DNA from: Ascidiella aspersa
Taxonomy: Eukaryota
Length of the DNA stretch: 64,000 nt
NCBI GenBank assembly: GCA_963924565.1
Contig: OZ004608.1
Location: 9,114,001-9,178,000 of the forward strand
Direction of reading: 5' to 3'
The position numbers were made by a program, and so were the translations under genes. Below are positions 24,801-35,000 of the stretch, piece after piece. The notes under the pieces were generated by a model. That model was not told the origin of the DNA. It saw only the letters and a list, made by a program, of their open reading frames with translations, and did no database searches. Position 1 is the stretch's first letter. Each line of letters opens with the position of its first letter.

Positions 24801-26834
24801 CGTGACGTCATCATTGCGTGACGTAAAAGGCCTGCAAGCGAGGCGGTCGCCCTTCCCGAAAACGATCGAACGCCTGGTCCTCCCTGTTAAGGCGCCCGAT
24901 CCTTTTTCGTTTCTTTCTGACACCGAGCCGCGTTTTGTAATGTTGTAAATACACCGAGCGTCCGAGCTCTACTCAAGGACATTTTGTAAAGCGTTAACAA
25001 ATTAATTAACCAAATTTACCTTTAAATTGAGAGACTGTAGATGACTTTTCGGCGATTTTATTTATCAGTCGTAAAATGCTATAAAATGGCTGGCCTTATT
25101 TACGCCAGAAAGGTCTAAAAACAGGGGTGGACATTGGGCTTGGGCAACCTACAGCCCGCAGGCCAATAAAAAGCATCTGGCCCGCCATCTTATTTTCAAA
25201 CCAAACATGAGCCCGTTCCTTATATTATTTGGCTATTTCGACTAAATAAATACTGAAATATTTCGACCATGCGCAAATATCGTGTTCATGCATCTAAGGT
25301 GTTTGTATTTTAAGGGCATCTTTTCAGGCTAAAAATTACACATTTTAGAATATAATTGTCAGTTAAAATTTAACGACCCGCGGAGACCTTTCTGGCTTTG
25401 GCCTAAGAATGAAACGTTTGCCCACCCCTGGTCTAAAGAGTATCTACAGAAACGTCTTCTGTGTGGTCGCATCGCACTGTTATGTCACGCGGAATGTATT
25501 ACTAATTGGTGAATACATATAGAAAAATACGTAGCTGTTATTAACTGCCTTAACTCGATTGGTAAAACAGTTAGATTTCCTCTCGCCGGTCGCTTAAATT
25601 TTAACTTTGCTTCTTATGCTAATCACTCTGACGAATGGCAGATAAACACCACACATAATGCCGTCCAATAAAATAGCCCTGAATAGTGTCCAAAATAGTG
25701 ATTTCTATTTTAATGGACACTCGGAAATCACGCACAGCTAATCTTGCGCCGTCGGGAGTGGCCTGTCTTCAATATTTATTCCCACGCTCGGTCGTCCTAT
25801 ATTTTGTACATAAGCCGTTGTGATCAGCGGCCCAACTTCTCGCTTTGGTTGCCGCTTTTTTTCTGAGACGCGTCTCTCGTCGTTTCGACTTGAATAAAAC
25901 CCGATTTTCGTGAAAGTATTTTCTTCTTCTTCGATGTTGGAAGCCTTTGAGCGAAGATTCGACTCCGCGAAGTTTGAAAGAAGGCAGCTGCATGTGCATT
26001 TGCATCCGATATTGACATGTTTCGCTGTGTGTGCTTTTTTTGTACCTTACCTGTGTTAACCCCGCGATCCATTCGTGTCTATTTAAACAAAAATGACTAA
26101 AAAATAAATTAACGTTAGAGCCGCGAACAAATCGCGACTATTTTTACGAAACGAAGGAAGTATTTGTTTACCTCTTGCCTTAATTCCTGTCTCAGCTATT
26201 TTAATATTACTTAGGTCAACATACTGAAAAATATCAATTATGCTTTTCTATTTCTAACCTTTTGGCAATATCAATATTAACATAATAACATAAAAAGTCT
26301 TTTTTATTAAAATTACTACGATTGTGATCTGAAATCTCCCTAGCTGTTATAAGGACTAATACCAAATTTCGCTCAGGCAACGAAAGCAAGCTGTCTATTA
26401 CATAGCGTGTGGTGTTCTTGCTCGGCTTTTACCATAACAAACATGTCGTCTTCGCCTAAAACTTGTGACTAAACATAAAACTTCAGTAACACGAGGCTGT
26501 ATATTGTACATGGTCAAACCACTAACCCGGTGTTCCTTGTTGTTTTTTCCATGTCCCTCAATATGCATTGTGCCTCCTCTGCCTGTCGAATGCTCGCTTT
26601 CGTCGCTCAACTAACCAACCGTCGCATGCCCCCCGTGCCCTCCCTCATCATGACGTCGTGCGCACCTCGTGACGTCACGCCTGCTCTGACGTCACGTCCC
26701 GTCAGCAGACGCACAACGAGTCGGCGGCCATCTTGAAGATCAAAGAGACCATGCAACAGGAAGCCAAGAGGTTCGAGGCAAAAGACGGGGACGGAAATGG
26801 TACCGTCGGCGGGGAATTCCCTTTTATGTCGTGA
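898..26834 (+). CDS. SSBP3: Single-stranded DNA-binding protein SSBP2/3/4 (Ssdp) pro-orthologue, 5'-truncated (LisH/LUFS N-terminus lies upstream of the window)
   Basis: Phase-consistent GT-AG exons: 898-960 (PGSAASPSPHHNPNNPMMRQQ), 1755-1805 (SYMSPRYPPGGPRPGMQ), 2137-2179 (GPGPQPLLPGMERQG), 18992-19089 (PQMVPMTRMVHPRGMPGGPMGPG..), 19331-19389, 19938-19977 (HARPGWPNPSGPV), 20195-20246 (GPPTGGPPGNPIMRSPQ), 22473-22531, 23297-23449 (..MMDGMPK), 24575-24721 (SSPSS..HTPQEGDDG..FSEN), 26706-26834 (QTHNESAAILKIKETMQQEAKRFE..FMS*). Motif order matches the recalled vertebrate SSBP3 Pro/Gly/Met-rich region (FMSPRY, QPLLP, PPRGM, WPNP, GPPGTPIMPSP, DGLPK, TPRDDG). The symbol stands for the SSBP2/3/4 family. 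Confidence 0.9.
1219..1653 (+). mobile_element. hAT-type MITE with internal GGAGC(C/T) tandem repeats
   Basis: 15-bp TIR CAGGGCTGGGGAGCC..GGCTCCCCAGCCCTG, perfect 8-bp TSD GTTGTAAG (1211-1218, 1654-1661). Confidence 0.92.
2965..3163. repeat. AT-rich minisatellite, ~39-bp unit, about 5 degenerate copies
   Basis: Recurrent TTTCTCAAAACAAA(A/T)TACCTT..AAAATCGTACCAAG. Confidence 0.8.
6616..7106. mobile_element. hAT (Charlie/Buster-like) MITE
   Basis: TIR CAGGGGTGTCCAAC..GTTGGACACCCCTG, perfect TSD CTTTACAC. Confidence 0.9.
8210..8530. repeat. Tandem duplication, period ~185 bp
   Basis: CTGCGGTT..CACCCGTTTAGGCT..CCCAACAAAGAGAGTCATATATTTCTAAAATCGGGCCGCG occurs twice. Confidence 0.85.
11642..11982. 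repeat. Tandem duplication, period ~153-179 bp
   Basis: TTGTTGGCGATTCAA..GGTAAAATACTGxAGTCCGGCG..CGAGGTAGGTGGCCGCTTAA occurs twice. Confidence 0.8.
12432..12513. repeat. 28-bp tandem repeat, 3 copies
   Basis: TCTCACC(T/A)TATTCTGGT(C/T)GCCCAAAACG. Confidence 0.8.
12954..13440. repeat. Tandem triplication, period ~166-170 bp
   Basis: ACAAGCACAGCCG (12965, 13131, variant at 13301) and GCCAGAGTTCGC(C/T)AAGGG each occur three times. Confidence 0.85.
20840..20914 (+). CDS. Candidate 75-nt symmetric cassette exon of SSBP (GPRPHMHPGPHPSRFPPLPHDPKNP)
   Basis: TAG acceptor ending 20839, CAG|GTGACC donor at 20914/20915. Phase 1-1 matches the host intron 20247-22472, frame is open and Pro/His-rich, and it is a GC-rich island in an AT-rich intron. 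Confidence 0.6.
21745..22048. mobile_element. hAT MITE
   Basis: TIR CAGTGTTTCTCAACC..GGTTGAGAAACAGTG, perfect TSD TATTAATG. Confidence 0.85.
23979..24469. mobile_element. hAT MITE, apparently nested in an older element beginning CAGTGATTCCCAAC at 23711
   Basis: Imperfect TIR CAGGGGTTCTTAACCT..AGGTTAAGAAAGGCTG, perfect TSD GTTTATAC. Confidence 0.8.
24722..24754 (+). CDS. Alternative SSBP C-terminus by read-through of the 24721 donor (VSSNPQMGSY*)
   Basis: The frame stays open through AAC|GTGAGT to TGA at 24752-24754. AATAAA signals follow in the intron (e.g. ~25667, ~25893). Confidence 0.5.
   Translation: MSSNPQMGSY
25122..25430. mobile_element. hAT (Charlie-like) MITE in the last SSBP intron
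   Basis: CAGGGGTGG..CCCACCCCTG termini, subterminal GGCCCGC motifs, GTCTAAA on both flanks. Confidence 0.75.
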
Positions 26835-28667
26835 TCCGGCGCGGAACCAGACGCCCCTGGCGCCATGGCGCGTCGGGGCCCGCGAAGCCCCTTAAAAGAC
26901 GCCACGGCGCCAACCCGCATAGTCAGCTCGCACACTTGGAATGAAAAGCCCTTTTCTCGCCTAGCCAAGAACCTGCGCGTTTTTTTAACGTAAAAACATA
27001 TACTCACACGTAGCTTGAATGAGCTTCGCGAACAACCCGTTAATAACACTAAAATAGTTTGAGTTAAACTAATTAACCAGCGACCAGTTTTACAACATTC
27101 GTCTTTAATAATTGAGCTTTTTTGACAAAGACCTAAATCATTGCCGAACGTTGAACCATCAGAGCTTCAGTAGTAGTATACCTTTTAACCTGTTGCGGAA
27201 TTTTAGAGCGACAAACTAAAAAGAATGATATCGCATGTAACATTTCAACGCTTTTTGGGACAAAACAAGACGCAAGTGTTATTTGTTTAACATCCTTAAA
27301 AAGACAGCCCTTGTCTGGCAAATGTACGATATTTCAAGTACATTTAAGTCGAGTTATGTCTGGTTCAAGAACGCTGTGTTGTACACTTAAAAAAAATATA
27401 CCCAAAATAAAATGAAAAGATGTCCACTATTTACTTGACCTTGCCTTACTTACACTTCAAAGCATCGGAACAACCTAACTACCTTACTTTAGCAACTGAA
27501 TGGCAGAAAACCTTTTTGTCACGTCCGCTTCATGTGCTGCAAGTTTGTAAACTCGCCCGCGTCTTCTCGCTATACCTTTACGCGCTTCGAACGTTGCCCT
27601 AAACTAAATTTACCGAAATACGCTAATTTTTTTTCTTAGGGGGCATTTGGTATATATACATGATCGGTATTGACATAAATACGTTGTATCGAGCATCCGT
27701 AATAAACACGCTAAACACAGCGTTTGAATTACGAGCGTTATGCAATTGAACAGGTTAGTGATACGGACGGGCTTATATTGTAGCCGCAAAAACATCGTAT
27801 TTTTTTACTGCTGTACGCTGGGTTCGCTGCCCGTGTAAGCAACCCGACTTTTCGGTTTTACAGATCAAACGGCAAAACAGTTCCCTAACAATTGAGCATT
27901 TCCTAACACCGTTTCGTAACCCTTGAAACACCCGCGCGCTTTCGCAAGCACACTCACTCACACACACACAAGCACGCACAGTGTGGTCACTGTGATGCAA
28001 CCTGTCGCTGTTTCGACTTATTTAATTCGACCGCGCGAGCATATACGTCTCTGCTTAACGCTTCTTGCGTTTTCTTGACCGGCCACGCATTTCTATCTAC
28101 ATATAACGTCGTGTCTTTTCGCTTTTTTGTACAGCGCTTTGTATATATTGTCGGAGCCGCCGACGGTTCTCTTTCGAGGTACGCACGTAGCTTAGAACTT
28201 CAGACGCAAAATTGTAGCCCCCATTTGTTCAACGTGTCGAAAAAGCTACTGATAGTTGGTAGTTCGAACTTTCGGATTTTGATTGCCCAGTAAAAACGGC
28301 CAATTCAGGAAGCAGCAGCCCCCCTACTAACGCCCTGTTTTGTGCCATATTTTAACTGGACTTTCAAACTGAACCCCCAAAAATGTAGGCTGGCCTTTGG
28401 TGTGTAAACAATCCGTTTTGGCCTATGACCTATACCTGTATTTTACAGTGTCCGTACAAGAATCGCTCTCTCATATATCGTTTTACTTTAAATCCGTTCA
28501 TTCGATTTTTATGCTGATCTTTGCGTTGTATTCGCATTTAATGTCGTTTAAAATGTAAAACCACTTGGCTGAAGCGTTCGACGGAGTCAAATTTCCTTGT
28601 CAAAATCAATATAAAACCTAAATGGTAAACGATGAAACAACAGGGCATGTCATACAATGGTATATAG

Positions 28668-28940
28668 CAGTGGTTCTCAAATTTTTTGTCAAACGGACTA
28701 ATTTTCTATTAGTAAAAGTGTTCGCAAAATCAAGTAATAGGGAAAAAATAGTTTTTTTCCGACACTGATCAGTAATTTAAAATTAAAAACTGTAATTTAT
28801 GGACACAATTCCATTTATTTTTTAACATGTAATTTGCAGTTTTAACAAATAGTAGTCGATAAAAATGCAAGGTTAATGTGCCCATGAACTCCCATGGCCC
28901 TTGCACGGACTCCAATGAGACTACGGGTTGAGAAACACTG
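28668..28940. mobile_element. hAT MITE
   Basis: TIR CAGTGGTTCTCAA..TTGAGAAACACTG, perfect TSD GTATATAG. Confidence 0.88.
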
Positions 28941-31900
28941 GTATATAGCGTGCGTTGTCCGAAAAATAGGATTGTATCTGTTAACGATTTAAGTGGAAAT
29001 ATACGTTCTGTCTTGTAGGCGTTTAGACCGGGGTAGTAAGTGATCAAAGACCGCGTTTTCGGCCTGGAAATAATCTTGGGCAGATATAAAAAATACCTAG
29101 ACCACCACAATCTTTAAAAGACTTAACCGAGACGTTTTTATCCCAAAATTCCACGTTCGCTTTTAAACCTTTGTGAATTCAAATATGCCCAAAACGTTAT
29201 TATTGTGTCGACTCGACCTATAAGCCCTATGCGTTCGTTAGGGATACCTTTGGTGGCTGTAACGTGGCCACAATGGCCACCACTCAGCCAACAGCAGGAT
29301 TTGCAATTCGTCCGTTTTTCATCCACTTTTTCAAACAAGTATTACCGCAGTCTCTTCTTCATATAAACCGTTTTGTGTCCAAGATAAGAGATAACGACCA
29401 TCACGTCGCCTTTATTACAAGGATCTTCTCTACTGTTTGGTGCTCATCCCCCTGTGTATGATATTCGATGGTATGTAACGCGAACGAACTCTTCTTTCCG
29501 ACTTTTCTTTCGTTTTCGACTAGTTAATGCATTCGTTTCGCGCGGCAACGCCTCGACACACGAGTATTGTTCGTTTTTTCGTAGATCGTTTTCGCTTTTT
29601 CGCCGTTCGTCAGGCTTCACGGGGAATGTGTGTCCTCGCGCCATCCCTTGTAGCACTAAGGCTGCGGCCCTTTGGTCGGCCGCGTGTGACTCTCGACCTG
29701 TATCTAACGAAATAAACGAAACGCGTTTTGTGTACCACTAGTGACCGACCGGTCAATGCTGTTCCTGCAAAGTCAGTGAAGGAATTTGGTAATTAAAAAA
29801 AGGATTCAAAATTTCAAAATGTTTTGAAGAACTTTTTTAAAATTTAATTTAGTCACTTGTCTGTAAATCTTTGCACTTTCACAGTTGTATCATTAGGAAT
29901 GTTTCATCGGTTTAATAATCGACGAACTTGATTTTTTCGAAGGATTATTTTGGTAACTTACAGCAACCAAGTAAAGGAAAAAATGACAGTTAACATTGTA
30001 GTTTTGGATATTTTTTGCTGAATGCTTTAAATACCAGCGAATGTATTTTCTCAAAAAAATCTTTGAAAAATTGGCTAGTGAATTCCTGCTATAGGTTGGT
30101 AATTAGGCGGGGTTCAAACCTATAAATGCTGTTCTCTGTCATTTTTTTTCGTTGTAAGCCGTATAGCAGTTTAAAGAACCGGAAAATGTCGATTCTGTAG
30201 CAAAACATCTTGATATAATTTTTGCAAGCAACCGGCTCGATAACCTGATTAGGCTGCTAAAATTAGCCGTCCGACGGACACCGGTTAGTATCCTCCGGCT
30301 TCGCATTGTCCCTACACTCTACAGAAGGGGAGAGTCCAGCCAAAGGTACACCCTCTGATCGAATTAAACCTTCAAAAATCCAGTCAACTCGAAGCAACAG
30401 GGCACCGTAAGCGCTCCTGTTGTCGGAAAAAATGTGTGTCGGATCCTATTCGCACGCCTTTGTCTGTCAAGTGCCGTCAGTCTCAAAAGGCGGACACGCG
30501 ATCCGCGCATTGCCGCCAGGTGGCGCTACGCCTACATGACACCCGACACCGCTTACATGGGCCGGCGCTAAACCCGTAACCCGGGTTACCCGCTCTCTCC
30601 GAAGCGACACAATGCGCGAAAACACGGAACCCGGACAAGCATTTTTGGCAGGTACACGAGCAGCAACCGCACGGAAGCTGTTTGATCGCTCGACCTGGGC
30701 GAATTGCTGTGAAAGCGACAGAACAGCAAACACGACTTACCCGAGGCTTGTTTGCCGTGACTGGAGACTTCACCACTTTCGACTGCTTCTGTCATCATAG
30801 CTCGTGTGTGTCGCAGTCACAGGCTTTTGTTTCATGTGTACAAAGAACGCAATCGGTCCGCCTTTGTACGGGTCCTTTAACCGGCTTCGGCGATCCTGTT
30901 TGGGCAACAGTGTCGTTCTTTGCGTGCGCACTTGTCAGGCAGCTTGAGGTGACTCGGCCAGGCAAAGGGCGGAATGCAGAGTTACAAGTGTACCGAAACA
31001 GGTTGACGCGAGGCAGGCGCTTTTAGTGGCTGTATTGGCAGCATGTACGACAAGCAAGTGTATACAGGGTCATAATAGGCGAGATCCGGAAGTTGGATGA
31101 TTAATAATTTAGCGAGACTTAACTCGTACAAATCTTATAAAAACATACACATACAAGGCATATGCTTTTAGGTTTGTGTCAGGCTGGTGTGGGTATATTT
31201 GTGCAAACACATACAGGTATCCTTATATGCTTCAGCAGAATCGGGTTTGAGGAGAGGATTCAATCTGTAACTTTACTCGATTCAGTTTTCCTTTCCTTGA
31301 AAGGGTTTAGGAAAGTTGCTTTTAGGCGTATACTAAAACTGTATTATACATTTTACCCAATGATATAAAAAGGGATGGTATATCAAATATTAAATTGTAA
31401 GCCCTGAAGTGCCTGACAATGTCTTTGAATGAAAACAGATGTGGTGGACTTATGTAGTGTTGTAAATAAATTATTTTGAAATGACTCATATTCCTGTGAA
31501 GTAATATTAAAAATTCGTTATGTCAAAGTCACGTCATTTAAAAAATAACTAATCAATTTCCAGGCATCATAACTAAAGCAAGTCAAGTCAATGATTTAAA
31601 AATAAAACATTAAACTATTAAAATTGGTAAATAGGAAAACCGAATATGAGAAAAGCTCAATTTAAAAATAACAAAACCCAGCATACAACAGATTAATAAA
31701 ACTCAATTCCAACTTACCTTATTTGACTCTATGACTCAAGTCCACGTCAAGTCATTTGCCCGAAAGACTCAAGTTAAGTCAAGTCATTTTAAAACAGTGA
31801 CATAAGTACAGTGAGGTCAACACAGGATTTATGTGAAACGTCAGCTGATTTTCCGACTTTGGAACAGTGTGCAAATGTGCATTCTTTAAAATTTGTGCAT

Positions 31901-32026
31901 AATTACTTGAATGTTTGTCGGTCATTTAATTAGATCTAAAACACAAACGAACTACTGGTGTTCTCTGAATACGTGTGTGTTACTAGAAGATACTGTTTTA
32001 CTCGAATGCTTTAACACGGATTAGAT

Positions 32027-35000
32027 ATGCCGAACTACAATACACCGGGGCACCCGTATTCATCGCAGAGCATTCACGTCACTTCAAGCCCGCTATACAA
32101 GAGCAAAGATGGAACGTAAGTCGTATGTTCATAAAACTAGTTTTTTGTCCTACCAACTTTATTCAGTCAAAATGCTTTGTGTGAAGACTGGCACAAGCTA
32201 TCAATCATGTGGCACAGTTTAATTATTTCCAAACTAGGCGTTGCTGCTACACCTTGTGTATCACATATTTCCATTATTTGTTGGAATTCAAATATATTTT
32301 TAATTTTATTTCTTAACACACTAAAAATTTAACAATATCCCGCACCCTAAAAAATCACATAATAACATACCGCAGTTTTTTGTCGAGAAACTTGTAATGG
32401 GGATTTAACAGTTTTTAAAAAATGTTTCTACTCCGTTTTCTTCCATCGGTAAAGTGAAAAATAATATGCATGTCCGAAAACCAATTATTAATAGTTCGTA
32501 CAAAACCAACATGTAGACGAAAACATTTTTTTTTGGAGGGAGGGACACATAACAAACCCGAGTAAGAGGGTGCAAGCGCATTAGTAGAATTTTAAACTAG
32601 TTTAAAATAGTGTTTAATACCCCAGCAGACGCTCTTTATGTTGAGATTGACTTTACCACTGATTGACATACCCTCCGTACATGTTTGCTTCTACGAACAA
32701 ATTCAACACAAAGGTTCTTTATTAATTAGCCAAGCCAGAGCTTCACCTTCGCGGCTGGGAAACATGGGGTTTTACACATGACCACACCAATAAGGCCTCG
32801 CGAGCAACACAAAATGCGTGTCGTCGGATTGTTTTACAAATCGGCTTTCAATATCAATACAGGCGCCGTGGTTCGTGGGTAAGTAGCGCAAAGTACACAC
32901 TTTAAGGTCGCAAGTTAATCCTTAACAACACTCCAGGGCAACTTGGACCATTGCTCGCGGGTCCCAGTTGATTGTCGTCGGTTTATTGGACGATGTTGCC
33001 AAGACGCTAATCCGGCGTCCCCGGGCCACAATGGGATGTCGTGCGAACGGATTAACTTCCCGGCCCTAAAGCAACATTCGGACCACTTGGGATGAGCTAA
33101 AATCATCTTCGTCGTTGGTTTTGGGGGCCGCCGAGTGTTTCACTAATCCTCGCCGACACACGGAACACTCAATGACGAAGCTAGGCTTGCTGATTGAGGC
33201 ACACTTCTTTGATGTTTACTTTTGCTAGCGCCGAAAGCTCGGTAAATGCTTTTAGCGCGTTGTTTTGGAAGAGTGTGCGAGGAAAATTCTAGTGAAAAAA
33301 TAAACACGCCCTCTTTAACTCTTCAGATTTAGGGCGCCGAAGCTCGTTAGGTTATTTTTACGATATTTGTAAGCTTTGGCGATCACGTACGCAATTTGTA
33401 AAAGCCCTCGCCTCTTTAAATATAGTTTATGAGTAGAATGTACCCGCTAATTACTTTGAGAGGATCACGCCTAGGGATTTTTCATGGTTTGTTTTTGGTG
33501 AACATAGAAATAAAGTATTTTGGCGAAAATAAACCTTAGATTTTACAACTTTTACGGTTGAATGATTTAAAGTAAAAAATACATAAAACAAATGCACATG
33601 CAGTACCAATAGGCCTTGAGTTTGAGGTATGTTCTTTGCTCGTGTCCGATTCTGTAAACAAGCATTTGAAGTATCATTCACATAGGTAAAATCCAAAGTT
33701 CGAAAGTCCGAGTAAGCAAACTCCTTTAAACCAGGGCTTATTAACTAAAGCAAATATGGGTGAAAGTAATACTCTTAGAGCTATACTCTACATACAAAAT
33801 TTGAAAAGCAAAACAGTCCTTAACTACTATTTACTCCATTGGCAGCTGTAGTTAAAAGTCCTGCTTCAAACAAATGTCTCGTGGTTTCACTGGGGTTGTG
33901 TCTGTGATGCGAGCAACGGGGGAATGTAATTCCATTAGTTTAAAGCAGTGGTCCCCAACAGGGGTGCCGAGGCACTTCGGTACCATTTCTACTGACCAAG
34001 GATGTCGAGAGATATTTGGGATTTTTAGCAATCTTATTTTTTCCTATTGGTAGGCCTTTTGTTACAGATGTTTGTGTGAGATTAAAGCCCATTAATCAAT
34101 CGGTATTTTTTTCGATTGTGTAGGGCAGTGATTCCCAAACTATGTGCCGCGGCACACTAGTGTGCCTCAAGAGATTTCCAAGTGTGCCGCGAATCTTTTT
34201 GTAATTTTGGAAATAAGTTAGTTTGTATTACCAACTGGCATACACGCATACATTTTAGACTTAAATGCGCACTATCCATTACAAATTAATCATATTAAGA
34301 CATTTACACATAGTTTGCCGTGTATTAAGGACGGTTGTAAAATGACTCTATTGTTATTCTGATAAAAGTGTGCCGCGAAATATTTAAGATATTTTTAGTG
34401 TGCCGCGAGCCAAAATGTTTGGGAACCACTGGTGTAGGCCTAGAGTTGATTTCCTAATAATGAGGAGGGTTAGGCCAGAAAAGGTTGAGTAAGGAACCAC
34501 TGGTTTAAAATTTTAATTTTTTTTTTTATCCAGGTACGACTATCCGCTCATGGGCAACGTGGACTTCACCGTCCGACCCGGCACGTCAGGGATAAACCGA
34601 GGAAGTCCCAGGGGGAGTCCCCGTAGCTCCTTGGGTTCCTCCCAGGAGTCATCCCCTCGCTCCCCAAGAGCCAAGACCGCTCCTCCCGGGTACAAAACCA
34701 TGCCTCCGGTTAACAAGCACAAAAAGGTGGTTAATTATCATCACTATATTATTTCTGCAATGCGATCCTTGTTACGATGGCTTGTGGGGCTGGTCTTTAA
34801 AATTAAACAGCCTTAAAGGAATACCTAGCAGGAACACGGTTCGCTTCTATTTTATATTTGAGTCCGATTTTGCTGTTTTTTTGTCGCAATGTTTGACTAG
34901 TTTGATGGTGACCCAAATTTAGCGAAATATTTGGCCTTTGCCAACATAGACAACAAGTTTGGAAAATGAGTTTTTATAATCACCAAAACATTAGTGCCGC

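Noticed and set aside
31437-31826. MITE with AAGTCAAGTC/GACTC subterminal repeats
   Set aside because: Probably a decayed transposon, but TIR and TSD could not be delimited. The same applies to fragments near 4296-4380, 55371-55676 and 61896.
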